Counted from the first letter of the stretch, positions 36,985-49,462 are shown. The stretch is 64,000 nt of DNA from Octopus sinensis (GCF_006345805.1 NC_043017.1:22506001-22570000), one strand, 5' to 3'. Made by a program: numbers and translations. Notes: generated from the sequence alone by a model not told the origin.

Positions 36985-37180
36985 GTTAATCCAAACAAGG
37001 AAGCACAAAAAAACACAACAACGCAAGGACGTGGAACAAATATAGTATTATTGGACGCTCAGGAAAGAAGGAGTGTTTAACGTTTCGAGCGGAGCTCTTC
37101 GTTGGAAACATAGGAGTAGGAAAGATCCAGAGAAGGGAAGACAGAGGAAAAAAAATCACCAACGGTACACACAAGGTCAC
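36985..37180 (-). mobile_element. PLE-type pLTR remnant ending in (TA)n
   Basis: T-rich minus strand ending ggattaac(TA)n; contains the hammerhead fold at 37074-37110. Confidence 0.7.
37074..37110 (-). ncRNA. Minimal type I hammerhead ribozyme-like motif, G5A
   Basis: UGUUU-CCAACGA-A-GAGC-ucc-GCUC-GAAAC-GUU-AAACA; palindromic AACGUU stem III. Confidence 0.6.
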
Positions 37181-37892
37181 GACAGGCTTCTTTCAGTTTC
37201 TGTCTACCAAATCCACTCACAAGGCTTTGGTCGGCCCGAGGCTATAGTAGAAGACACTTGCTCAAGGTGCCAAGCAGTGGGACTGAACCCAGAACCATGT
37301 GGTTGGTGAGCAAGCTATTTACCACACAGCCACTCCTGTGCCTATATATTAAGTAAATATGTTAAACATTGGTCTACAAGATGATCTACACAAAGAAATT
37401 CTTAATTAATTAAAATTTCCTTTTAGTCAGAGGAAAAAAACATAAAACAAACAGTAATTGCAACTGAGTCTCAAATAATAAGGGAAATAATTTCAAGAAA
37501 TTTAAAAGAATTTTATCAAGTTAATTTGCATTTTGTATGTTTAGATGAATGTAATTTTTGCTAACAGGAAAGCAGACATTTATGGACATGTTCCAGTCTT
37601 AAGCATACACATGTAATAATAGTGTATTAAGCATACACATATAATAATAGTGTATTATGCAGTTACTGTTATGTTGTTTCTGAGCTGGTCAATTTGGAAA
37701 GTTCATCTCTGCTTTTCTCCGATTAAGCAGAGAGTAAAAATCTTTATGGGGGGGGGGGGGAATGTAAAGTGGTTGGTGTGAAGATGTTGAGTTTACTTTC
37801 GTTAATGATGTGGGTTGAACCAATTTTAAACAAAATCAAAAATTTGGAACCTGGACTTGGTTTACTTACTTGCTATGCTTTCTATTCTACAC

Positions 37893-38240
37893 TGTTTACC
37901 ACACACATGCATCACATACACACATATTTATACTCTTCCATAAATGCATCACATGCACATAGTTACACACTCCTCCATATATGCATCACCTGCACATATA
38001 GTTACATTCTTCCATATATGCATCAAATGCACAGTTACACACTCCTCCATATATGCATCATATGCACATATATTTACACTCTCTTCCATATGTGTATCAC
38101 ATACACATATTTACACACTCCTCCATACGTGCATCACATGCACATATATTTACACTCTCTTCCATATGTGTATCACATACACATAGTTACACCCTCCCCC
38201 ATATAGGCATCACATGCACATATATTTACACACTTCCATA
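37893..38240. repeat. 37-bp minisatellite, about 9 units
   Basis: ccata anchor at 37938, 37975, 38012, 38047, 38086, 38123, 38162, 38199 and 38236. Confidence 0.9.
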
Positions 38241-38567
38241 TGTTAAATCTGTACTAACTGTGCTGACCTGGCTTTCTGTCAGTTACAATGACGAGTGTTT
38301 CACTTGATCCAATCAACAGAACAGCCTGCTTGTAAAATTAATGTGCAAGTGGCTGAGTGCTCCACAGACACGCATACCCTTAATGTAGTTCTCAAGGAGA
38401 TTCAGAATGGCACATGGCAACAAGGCAGGCTCTTTGAACTACAAGTACAACTACTCATTTTTTTACCTGCTGAGTGGACTGGAGCAGAGTGAAATAAAGT
38501 GTCTTGCTCAAGAACACAATGCACTGCTAGGAATAGAACCCTATTAAAACTGTAACAAATATAACAG

Positions 38568-38833
38568 TTACTGAGATGTACTTGCATAGCAAGTGACCTG
38601 ATCTGAGATCGTGTGCTGGAACGAAAGCAATTGCAGCATGGAAGGTGTTTATAAACCATTTAATTAGCATAGAAAAACCGTTAGATTCACTTGAACATTT
38701 AAATTCAAATTTGCCAAAATATTTTCGTCACTTTGAGACTGCAACCTGTTCACTGACAAAATTCCATGAATTAGTGAATCTAATGGTTTTTGTGTGTTTC
38801 TTAAATGGCTTATAAACACCTTCCATGCTGCAA
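38568..38833. mobile_element. PLE-type insertion, family E, with inverted arm and candidate TSD
   Basis: 38773-38833 is the inverse of 38630-38691; caaatataacagt occurs at 38556-38568 and 38831-38843. Confidence 0.75.
38710..38760 (-). ncRNA. Minimal type I hammerhead ribozyme-like motif with G3-C8 core
   Basis: UUUGUCA-GUGAACA-G-GUUGC-agucucaaa-GUGAC-GAAA-AUAUUU-UGGCAAA; all three stems can form, with G-U pairs. Confidence 0.7.
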
Positions 38834-39798
38834 ATATAACAGTATTTATCAGAAAATATCTACATGCTGTATCATTCGAGTTTTAAGTTTACTTCTCTGG
38901 AGAAGCGGGTGGCACGTAAAAAGCACCCACTACACTGACGGAGTGGTTGGCGTTAGGAAGGGCATCCAGCTGTAGAAACTCTGCCAGATCAAGACTGGAG
39001 CCTGGTGCAGCCATCTGGTTGCCAGCCCTCAGTCAAAATCGTCCAACCCATGCTAGCATGGAAAACGGACGTTAAATGATGATGATGGAGAAACTTCTAA
39101 CTTTGCCAAACTCTAAACTTTCACTACCTTCACCTAAACTTATATGCCCCACAATAAATGATCCACTCCATCGTCTTATTCTGAGGTGAAGGGCGAGACA
39201 TGACCATATCATTGCTTTTCTCTTTCTACGATGAAAGAGAAAAAAAAATATTTATCCTGAAGAAAAGCACAGAAAAAATGTCTGCTTTTAGGGGTTACAG
39301 AAAAAAATAGAAATAAAAATTAAAAAAACGATATGCTTTTAATGTCTGTTTTGGTCCTTTCATAGATGGAATATGTTATTATTATTATTATTAGGAATTT
39401 CTGACTGCTCAATCCCATCAGTATAAGCAATGAAATTGAAGTGGTTAAAATGAAATATCAGAAAGAAAATAATAATTAAAAAATAAAGAAAGAGTATACA
39501 CAATCAAGCATTACCTTGTACACAGGTAAATCCCTACCCATGAATAGAAAATAAATTAATTTATCTCAATTTTATCCATCATTCATTTGTTTGTTTATTT
39601 ATTGATATATATTTCATTTGTAAATTTTGTCCCATTGAGGATAAATAAAACCCATTTATTCCCCAAGAGACGTCAATGTTGGGCAGTTAATGCAGATATA
39701 AAGCAGATCAATAATTTGGATTGCATATTGATAGCTGTTGTTATTTTTAGTGCTGTTTGTTGGGATGGGTGGTTAGCTTGTGCCTGTGTGTGTACATA

Positions 39799-39835
<37 letters not shown>

Positions 39836-39974
39836 ATTACATGACTATAATATTTAATACATACACACACAGACACACACATATAAGTTTGTTCTTTGTG
39901 CATGTGTGCATGTACATGTGCCTACAGAATTAAAAAATATTATATAAGTCTATAATCCATAAAATACATAAGCA

Positions 39975-40139
39975 GAAATTATATATACATATATATACAT
40001 ATATACATACATACATATATACATACATACATACAATATATATATATATAACATACATACATATATACATACATACATATACATACATACATACATATAT
40101 ATATACATACATACATACATATATATATACATACATACA

Positions 40140-40171
<32 letters not shown>

Positions 40172-40206
40172 CATATACATACATACATATATTATACATA
40201 CATACA

Positions 40207-40238
<32 letters not shown>

Positions 40239-40290
40239 CATATACATACATACATATATATACATACATACATATACATACATACATACA

Positions 40291-40322
<32 letters not shown>

Positions 40323-40359
40323 CATATATACATACATATATATACATACATACATATAT

Positions 40360-40399
<40 letters not shown>

Positions 40400-40400
40400 C
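39975..40400. repeat. (ATAC)n/(AT)n compound microsatellite
   Basis: Direct reading; source of the MYVCIY ORFs. Confidence 0.95.
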
Positions 40401-40450
40401 AAAATTATATGACTACAATATTAAATACATGAACACACATATGACTTTCG

Positions 40451-40481
<31 letters not shown>

Positions 40482-40894
40482 TGTTTTATTGTGTACATAA
40501 AATGCATGTGTGCAATGATTAGTGCACTTCAAAAGAGGAATAGAAGCCTAAAAAATAGAAGAAAATAACTTTAATAAGCCACCATAGCTCAATCCTATTG
40601 GATTATCTCATCACAATATAGTGAACTTTTGTTTGAAGTACTGATAAAGGGTAAAGGGGCAGGGTTTCCTACATGTTGTGCCACAACACAAAAGATTAAA
40701 TGACCTTTAGCTTTACAGTTCAATTCTGCATGAGTACAATTATCATCCAAGTCACCCTGACATCTTAACCACTTTTATACCCAAGGTCACAATGACACCT
40801 ATTGATAACCAGTCACAGAACTTGACTTTTTAGCCACGTATGTGTCTATGTATCTAATTCATTTATGTGGTCTCAGGTTCAGTCCTACCGCACA

Positions 40895-41125
40895 GTACCT
40901 ATTTCTTTACTATCCACAAGGGGCTAAACACAGAGGGGACAAACAAAAACAGACAAACGGATTAAGTCGATTACATCGACCTCAGTGCGTAACTGGTACT
41001 TAATTTATCGACCCCCGAAAGGATGAAAGGCAAAGTCGACCTCGGCGGAATTTGAACTCAGAACGTAACGGCAGACGAAATATGGCTACGCATTTCGCCC
41101 GGCATGCTAACGATTCTGCCAGCTC
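40895..41125 (-). mobile_element. SINE family B, full length
   Basis: cctatttctttactatccacaag...cgattctgccagctcgc. Confidence 0.85.
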
Positions 41126-41307
41126 GCAGAGTACCTTGAGCTTGTGCCTTCCACTACAGGCCTGGCCTGACCAAAGTCTTGTGAGTGAATTCGGTAGATG
41201 GAAACTGAAGCTAGCCGCGCGTGTGTGTGTGTGTGTGTGTGCATGTATACGCATGTGTATGTTAATGGTTGTTGTTATGTTCAGTTATAACAGAAACAGT
41301 TTTACAT

Positions 41308-41609
41308 TATTCTGTTGTGGCTGGGGAAAATAATTTTCTTTTGATACCTTATAATTTAACACACTCACTGGTAAAATTTCCACTTATTTCCTATTTCTAT
41401 TTTCTAAAAATTTTCGTTGCAACTATTGAAAAGGTTGCAAGATGCAACGAAAATTTTAGTAAAATAAAAATAAGAAATAAGTGAAGATTTTACCGGTGAG
41501 TGTGTTAAATTATAAGGTACAAAAAGAAAATTATTTTCCCCAGCCACAACAGAATATGTTCCAACACACCAGCTCACATAAAGAATCTTGCAAACCAAAT
41601 CCAAAAACA
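41308..41609. mobile_element. Palindromic PLE-type insertion, family F, with 12-bp candidate TSD
   Basis: 41308-41421 is the imperfect inverse of 41443-41556; extra tail 41557-41609; aaacagttttac at 41294-41305 and 41610-41621. Confidence 0.75.
41422..41460 (+). ncRNA. Minimal type I hammerhead ribozyme-like motif with U3-A8 core
   Basis: ACUA-UUGAAAA-G-GUUGC-aagau-GCAAC-GAAA-AUUU-UAGU. Confidence 0.6.
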
Positions 41610-42309
41610 AAACAGTTTTACGTTAATCTCTCTACTTTTGTTGAGTATAAATTTATTATTCTTCAACAAGAATGTTGGTGACAAAGAATTCGAAGTTTCA
41701 GCCAGTCAACTCATTGTCTGTGTGTTTGTCTATGTGTGTATGGAATGCAGGAGCAAAATGTCTACCTATCGTCGGAACATTTTTGTTGACTAAAAGATGC
41801 AACTTCCCATAATAAAGTAGGATTCATCTGTAATAAAGTAGGGGGCAAAACCTCAGTCTGTGGGAGTAGCTGAATCAAACAAAATCTATCTGAAAACAGA
41901 ATTTATTAAATACACTTAGCTATGATAGTTAGTAATTAAAACTCAAAACATTTAACATGCATGACTAATTGAAAATCCGTGAGTGAATTGATATGCTTCA
42001 TGAATAACTAACACACCATAAAGTTTAGTTTTTTTCTTGAACCGACATTTAGTGCAGACCACAACTGATCATTTCAAATTCTGCTCATTTCATTTGGATA
42101 GGTGTTAGTTTCTAATTATTCCAGACAATTTTTGCTATAGGTGCAGGTGTGGCTGTGTGGTAAGAAGCTTCTTTCCCAACTACATGGTTCTGGGTTCAGT
42201 TGGTTATCTACTTTTGCACTATTGAAGATATATGGAATAAGATACCCCTAGCTTGAAAAACAGGTAAGGGCTACCACTGCAAAGTTATTTGTCTATAAAA
42301 CACTGCTTA

Positions 42310-42529
42310 CCCTTTTGTTACTGTATTTATTTTGAGATGTTCTGTGTTTCTTTCAATTACTTTAAATACAACTCAGAATTTAGTAAAATAACTTAGTCAC
42401 AATTTATGTTCCTAACACTAGCTTAATGATAACTAAGGTTTGGTGGAAGATTTTAATTCAAAACTTATGAAAACAAGACATTTGTACTTAGAGCCAGAGC
42501 CAGTTTCAGCTGGGTTGATAACGAAAGGG
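42310..42529 (+). mobile_element. piggyBac-type MITE
   Basis: Ends cccttttgttac and gataacgaaaggg; right flank ttaa, left flank ctta. Confidence 0.55.
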
Positions 42530-43639
42530 TTAATAATATATTCATCAAGCCCCATTCTAGCATGGAAAAACACAAAAAATAAAAAAGGGAGGAAAAATGA
42601 ATTGAATGAATGTTGTTACTTATTTTACTTACAAGATTTTAATGTAAACTGCAACAATTACCAAACTAACAACTAAGGAAAATTTGGAAAGTTCTGATGA
42701 AGAAAATGGAAAGAGAATGAAACCAAGTGAGTAGTAGAATTCAGAGTGCTAAGACATGATTTGTCTTCCTCTTTAAATCGGAGAAAGATGGGGAGAAAAC
42801 CAAAACGAAAAAGATAACAAATATAAAACTAACAAAGCCAGTAAGCTACTTAAGGCTATTTCATGAATAAAATAATCGCTGTTGGAATAGTAGCTGCCAT
42901 ATAAATTCCCTTGTCAAAATATTGATTAAGTAATGAATATAGAAATAAACAAAACTGAACTTGCATGACTGCGTACAGAAGAGAAAACAAAACGAAAGAA
43001 ATACAAATAAATAAATACAAAAACAAAACAAATAAAAAAACCATGCTTGATTAATAGTAATATTAACTTTTCCATTATAATGTGTTAATGTTAATTGAGT
43101 TAATTCAGCTGGGAAAATTTGTTTTGTTCTCTTTTGTTTATTTATTTTGCTTGCTTTTTTTTTTTTCTTCCTATGAATACATCACGTATATGTTTATAGT
43201 GATTATGGAAATTAAAGCTTTATAATCAGGATCAAGAGTGTATGAATTGAAGCACAGATGTTGTTTTGTTATATTTTGTGAAAAGCTCTAAAAATTTGGA
43301 AACAGTTTTGCTAATAATATTCCGATACCTGTAGAATATGAAAGTAATTAATATTCATTAAATGATAGAAAAATATGAGGAAATCTTTAAAACTATAATC
43401 TAAAAGCCTCATTTACAAGTTATTGATCTCTTTCTCTGATTCATCTTCTTCTTCTTCTTCTTCCTCCAGGTGTTTGATCAGTTTATTATATATTTTCCAA
43501 TTTATGAGTTATGCTAAAACTCCCACAGGTGTCCTAAAATTTGTTTGAGGTTTGAATTAAGGATATCTATATGAAGATTCAGGCATGACATTTTTATCGT
43601 AGGTGGAACACACATCAAGCAAACATCATTCATCTGTTC

Positions 43640-45325
43640 CTTGTAACTTTCATTAAATTCAAACCCCACAAGGTCAGCTTAGTTTTTCATTCTTTCAGTG
43701 GCCACAAAATTAAAGTACTCGTCAAGTACAAGGGTCAATTCAGTCACCTAACCTTAATTACTCAAATATTTTGGCCTCGGTCTAAATTAGAAAAAAAAAA
43801 TATCATTTACAGCTGTCCATACTTTCTGAGTTCAAATTCCGCCATGGTCAACTTTGACTTTCATCCTTTCAGGGTCAATAGAATAAGTACCAGTCTAGCA
43901 TTGGGGTCAATCAACTAGCCCCCTCCCCACAAAATCTCAGGCCTTATGACTTTAGTCGAAAGGGTTCTTTACTGCCTTCAGGCGAAAAGCTGGCAGAACC
44001 ATTAGTACTCTAGATAAAATTCAAATTCAGTTGAGGTTGATTTTGCCTTTCATTTTTTTTGGGGGGGGGGGAATTGATAAAATAAGTAGCAGTAATGCAC
44101 TGGGGTCAATGTAATCAATTTATCCCTCTTGTAAAATTGCTGGCCTTATACCAAAATTTGAAACCATTATTATTTACTGGCTGGACAAAATACTCAGCAG
44201 TATTTCTTCTGGCTTCATGTTCTGCCTTCACATGTCACCAAAATTGACTTCACCTTTCGTCCTTTTGAGATTGATATTGTAAGTATCAGTTCAGTACTGG
44301 GACAATATAATAAACTAGCTCCCTCCCTTGCAAAACTTCAGGCCTTGTGTCTATAGTAGGAATAATTATTGTTGCTGTGGTTGTTGAGGGCAGTAAGTTG
44401 GAAAACTCATTAGGGCAGTGATTCTCAACCGGAGCCCACATGATCTTGATGGTCCAAATATAATTTTGTTTTATAAAAATTTTGTGTAATAAATTGATTA
44501 TATTTGTACAATACACAAAATATTCTTTTTTTAATACAATTACTAACAATATTTAATTATAAAAATATAATAGGATTTTCTTTAAAAATCAAATAGCTAT
44601 GACAGTCTAACTGAGAAAAATAGGAGTCAGAGAGGGTCCAAAGGCAAAAAATGATTGAGAATCACTGCACTAGGGTGTTGGAAAAATATTTTGTTCCAAC
44701 TATTTAAGTTCTGAGTTCAAATCCTACTGAAATCAACTTTGCTTTTTATTCCTCTGGAGACAATAAAATAAAGTATTAGTCTTGTAGTGGGATAAATCTT
44801 ATCAATTAATCTCCTTTTCAAAATGTTTCTGGCTTTGATCCTAAATTGGAAATTGTTAAGGCAGTGGAATGGCAGAATTGTTAGTGTTGAAAGAAGGTAG
44901 TTATTTTGGTTCTTTACTTTCCAAGATCAATCCCAGCCAAGGTCTGCTTTACCTTTCATCCCCACCAGGGTCAATAAAATTAAGTACCAGTCAAGTACCG
45001 AGGTGAATGGTATTGACAAACCCGCTCCCATCAGATCTGCTAGTTTTGTGCCTAAATAAAGAACAATTATGAGTATTATTATTGTTCTTTTATTCTTTTA
45101 CTTGTGGCAAAATGGTGAGATGGCAGAAACGTTAGCATGCCGGGTGAAATGCTAAGCGGTATTTCATCTGTCTTTACGTTCTGTGTTCAAATTCTGCTGA
45201 GGTCGACTTTGCCTTTCATCCTTTCAAGGTCGATAAATTAAGTACCAGTTGCATACTGGGGTCGATCTAATCGACTGGCCCCCTTCCCCAAAAATTTCAG
45301 GCCTTGTGCCTAGAGTAGAAAAGGA
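43640..45325 (+). mobile_element. Head-to-tail array of about seven SINE family B copies
   Basis: Recurring ttcaaatt...g(t/a)c(a/g)acttt...aagtaccagt blocks near 43650, 43820, 43985, 44180, 44690, 44860 and 45110, all on plus. Confidence 0.7.
44416..44667 (+). mobile_element. hAT (Charlie-like) MITE
   Basis: TIRs cagtgattctcaa / ttgagaatcactg; 8-bp TSD cattaggg / cactaggg. Related decayed copies at about 61175-61410 and 61945-62183. Confidence 0.8.
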
Positions 45326-45370
45326 TATAGAACAATAAATATCAGGAGTTCAAAATCCTGAAACGTGACA

Positions 45371-45770
45371 TAAATAACTCTTACTTAGCAGAGAGAGAGA
45401 GAGAGAGAGAGAGACCCCAAAATTGCCAGCCCCATACCAAAATTTGAAATAGATATAATAGTCTCAAGAAGATAGTACTTTATTCTAAGTCATTCCATAA
45501 TTTTTACCAACAAAAAGCAATAAATATCAGGAAGAAAAAAACCCTGATACACGTCATAAACTTAAATAACTTTTACTTAGCAGAGAGAGAGAGACCCAAA
45601 ATTGCCAGCCACATACCAAAATTTGAAATAGATATAATAGTCTCAAGAAGATAGTACTTTATTCTAAGTCATTCCATAATTTTTACCAACAAAAAGCAAT
45701 AAATATCAGGAAGGAAAAAAACCCTGATACACGTCATAAACTTAAATAACTTTTACTTAGCGCAGAGAGA
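45371..45770. repeat. Tandem duplication, period 180-192 bp
   Basis: taaataac...ttacttagc starts at 45371, 45563 and 45743; units are nearly identical except (AG)n length. Confidence 0.9.
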
Positions 45771-47034
45771 AAATGATAAATCAATAAACAAGTAAAGATT
45801 ATTAAGCAAAATGTAAATTATTTACTTGAGAAACATAAACTATGACACTGGACTAAAATATATCAGATCGATGCAGGACAATGCCAAGTCTCGCAAGGCC
45901 TACAGACTCCCACTCCCAACAATACATAAATTACAAATTATCCAAAACATTGCATCTCTGCATCAAACACTTACAGTAAAGTGAACAGAAAATATTCAGA
46001 GTGAAAGATCAATTAGACCATGAGGAACATAACTCATGGCTGCAGTTTATTACAAATGTCACAGTCCAAACAGTTAGACATCCAGCCATATAAAAATACT
46101 TAGATAATAGCAGCTACACTTCGCAACACTCCAAACAACATTATTCTAAATCATTAATATTCAGGCAATGAAGTGACAGAGACAGTAGAGCATCAGATAG
46201 AATGTTTCATGGTAATTTTTCTTTTTATGATTCTCTGTTATCTGAGTTCAAATCTTGTTGAGGTCAACTTTGCCTTTCATCCTATTAGCAGTGAGGATTG
46301 GTAAAAAGTGCCAATGCAGAGTAGTGAACTGGTGGAAGTATAGGAACATTTCACTGGATGCCTTGCATTCTGAGTTCAAATCTCACCATGGTCCGCTTGA
46401 GTAGAAGACCTAATTCATCATCTGATTTATCCCCACCACTTAGTAGTTTGGGAAGGCACATGGCCTTGTGGTTAGGGCGTACACTCACAGTTGCCCAATC
46501 ATGGGGTTTGTTACCCAGACTAGGTGGCATGTTGTGTTCATGAGCAAAACACTTAATTTCAAATTACTCTAGCACTGAGTGGCAAAAAAATTTACTCTCA
46601 GCAAAGTGTATTTGATGGCTGAATGAAGGAAGAGTGAATATTGTCTCAGAAATATTTGTGTCAAATTTCATGTTTTGCCATATTAAGTTTGGTACCTTCG
46701 CGTTTTGCATGCCAGTCTTGCAAGGTTTAGCTCTGCATTTCATCAACCAAAATTTGAGGAAATACATGCACCAGTGTTATAATGATGGTTTCATATTTTG
46801 GCACAAGGCCAGCAATTTTAGGGGAGGGAGAAGTCAATTATATTGACTCCAAATGCTCAACTGGTATTTATTTTATCAACCCTGAAAGGATGAAAGGCAA
46901 AGTCAACCTCAGCAGACTTTGTATACCGAATATAAAGCATTTAGTCTATTGCACTAATGATTCTGCAAGCTAATTACCTTCACTAGTGTTATAATTAGGT
47001 TTAATGAAACAATTACACTCTACTACTAAAAAAG

Positions 47035-47355
47035 TTGTGGAGGCACATGGCCTAGTGATTAGAGCAGTGGACTCGCAGTCGAGGGACCATGGGCTTGAAT
47101 CTCAGATTGGGTACTGTGTGTGTTTATCAGTGCAACACCTAAGCTTATGCGGCTCCAGCAGAAGATAATGGCAAACTTCTGCTAACTCTTTCACCACAAC
47201 TTTCTTTCAGTCTTTCCTCCTGCATCTAACAGCTCACTTGCAACTCACCTGTGACAGACCAGTGTCTTGTCCAGGTGGGGAACCTATACACCAATGAAAC
47301 CAGGAAACTGGCCCTTATGAGCCAGGCATAGCTCAAGAAGAAACAAACAACAACA
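47035..47355 (+). mobile_element. tRNA-derived SINE family D variant
   Basis: gtggaggcacatggcctagtgattagagc head; gacagaccagtgtcttgtccagg resembles the V-domain motif; (CAA)n tail. Confidence 0.65.
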
Positions 47356-47519
47356 ACACTAAAAAAGTTAACTTCTTGATTCAATCAAAAGATATCAATA
47401 TTTCTATTTCGCTTTCAGTTTATACATGTAGTAGTATGGCTCTTTCTATATTTTCTCCTCCTAATTTTCAAATAATCTTTAAGTCCAAACTAACAGGATA
47501 CACACATACACACTGCTGT

Positions 47520-47940
47520 GTTAACTCTCTTTTACTCTTTTACTTGTTTCAGTTATTTGACTGCGGCCATGCTGGAGCACCGCCTTTAATCGAGCAACTC
47601 AACCCCAGGACTTATTCTTTGTAAGCCCAGTACTTATTCTATCGGTCTCTTTTGCCTAACCGTTAAGTGACGGGGGCATAAACACACCAGCATCGGCTGT
47701 CAATCAATGCTAGGGGGACAGACACACAAACATACATGCACACACACACATATATATATATATATACATATATACGACGGGCTTCTTGCAGTTTCCGTCT
47801 ACCAAATCCACTCACAAGTCTTTGGTCAGCCCGAGGCTATAGCTGAAGACACTTGCCCAAGGTGCCATGCAGTGGGACTGAACCTGGAGCCATGTGGTTG
47901 GTAAACAAGCTACTTACCACACAGCCACTCCTGCACCTAT
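47520..47940 (-). mobile_element. SINE family A, full length
   Basis: Reverse complement of the family A layout, ending ccacacagccactcctgcacctat. Confidence 0.85.
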
Positions 47941-48745
47941 GATATGTTTTTCTACAGCGGTAAAAGTAATTACTGTAATAAATTTCAAGCAATACATCAA
48001 AAACAACACACACATGTATATGTGAACAAACTACTTACCTATGCACACCTTCATGTAAACAAACACACACAAACACACACATCATTTAAACACATACCAC
48101 TTTGGAATTATTTTCTCATTGCATTAGCAGTGTGTAAATCCCTTGTAAGTCAAGCAAAAAAAATATGGCATGGCATTGTAGCAATTTAGGACAAAAATTC
48201 TTAGTTTTGTAATTAAAGCGGTATTTAGTATTTATGCTGTGGGTTATTACTGATGCCATTTGTCTTGCTTCTCGACATAAATATCGTTGGCCCATTGGCA
48301 GGATCCAGACTTTTAAGTAAAATTCAGACAAGCTTTATTTGCATCATTACTGCCACCTTCCCAACCGCCCATAACCAAAGAAAGAATGATGCAGGTGGTG
48401 GGTGGCTTTAAGATCAATAAATAAAAGTCAAGAGAAGAACGTGAAATCAATAAAAAAAACAAAAAAATGCTGACTCAAGAACAGAAATAGAATTACATTC
48501 TTTTCCTCACAAATATTGTCATGAGTAATGAGGAAAAGTCAGACACATTAAAAAGGTGAGGAGGGTCAAATCCATATATAATGTAAATGCATACAGAACC
48601 CTATTTCAGCATAAACATGTGTACATATGCCTGTGTGGCTGGGTGTTTATTAGAAATCCTTAATCGGAGGGTTAGGATTCAAGAAAGGACTCAACACATC
48701 AGAATGTAGAAGGTATTTATTTTATTCAGTACAAGATCTTATGAA

Positions 48746-48829
48746 CTGCAGACTTGTTTTATTATTTACATAGTTCTTCAGAGACATATATATTTGAAGA
48801 GCAATGTAAACAGTGAAACAAGTCTGCAG
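48746..48829 (+). ncRNA. Candidate pre-miRNA-like hairpin
   Basis: 35-position stem with 30 Watson-Crick pairs, 3 G-U and 2 mismatches; 14-nt loop; lies in non-repetitive sequence. Confidence 0.35.
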
Positions 48830-48999
48830 CCTGTAAGGTATTGCAGCAAATGGTATGTCCCCATTATTTTAGCTCCACTTGTCTTTGTAGATATTAGTTG
48901 AACTCATCTATACACATACAAATATACACACACACACATATACATACATATACACACATGAACATATATATATATATATATACGCAGGAGTGGGTGTGT

Positions 49000-49019
<20 letters not shown>

Positions 49020-49041
<22 letters not shown>

Positions 49042-49204
49042 AGCAGGAGAGGCTGTGTGGTAAGTAGCTTGCTAACCAACCACATGGTTCCGGGTTCAGT
49101 TCCACTGCGTGGCATCTTGGGCAAGTGTCTTCTGCTATAACCCTGGGCCGACCAATGCCTTGAGAGTTGATTTGGTAGACGGAAACTGAAAGAAGCCTGT
49201 CGTA

Positions 49205-49253
<49 letters not shown>

Positions 49254-49462
49254 TTGTGTATCTGTGTTTGTCCCCCTAGCATTGCTTGACAACCGATGCT
49301 GGTGTGTTTACATCCCCGTCACTTAGCGGTTCGGCAAAAGAGACTGATAGAATAAGTACTGGGCTTACAAAGAATAAGTCCCGGGGTTGATTTGCTTGAC
49401 TAAAGGCGGTGCTCCAGCATGGCCACAGTCAAATGACTGAAACAAGTAAAAGAGTAAAAGTG
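49020..49462 (+). mobile_element. SINE family A, full length
   Basis: ggagaggctgtgtggtaagtagc...gagtaaaagtgag. Confidence 0.85.
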
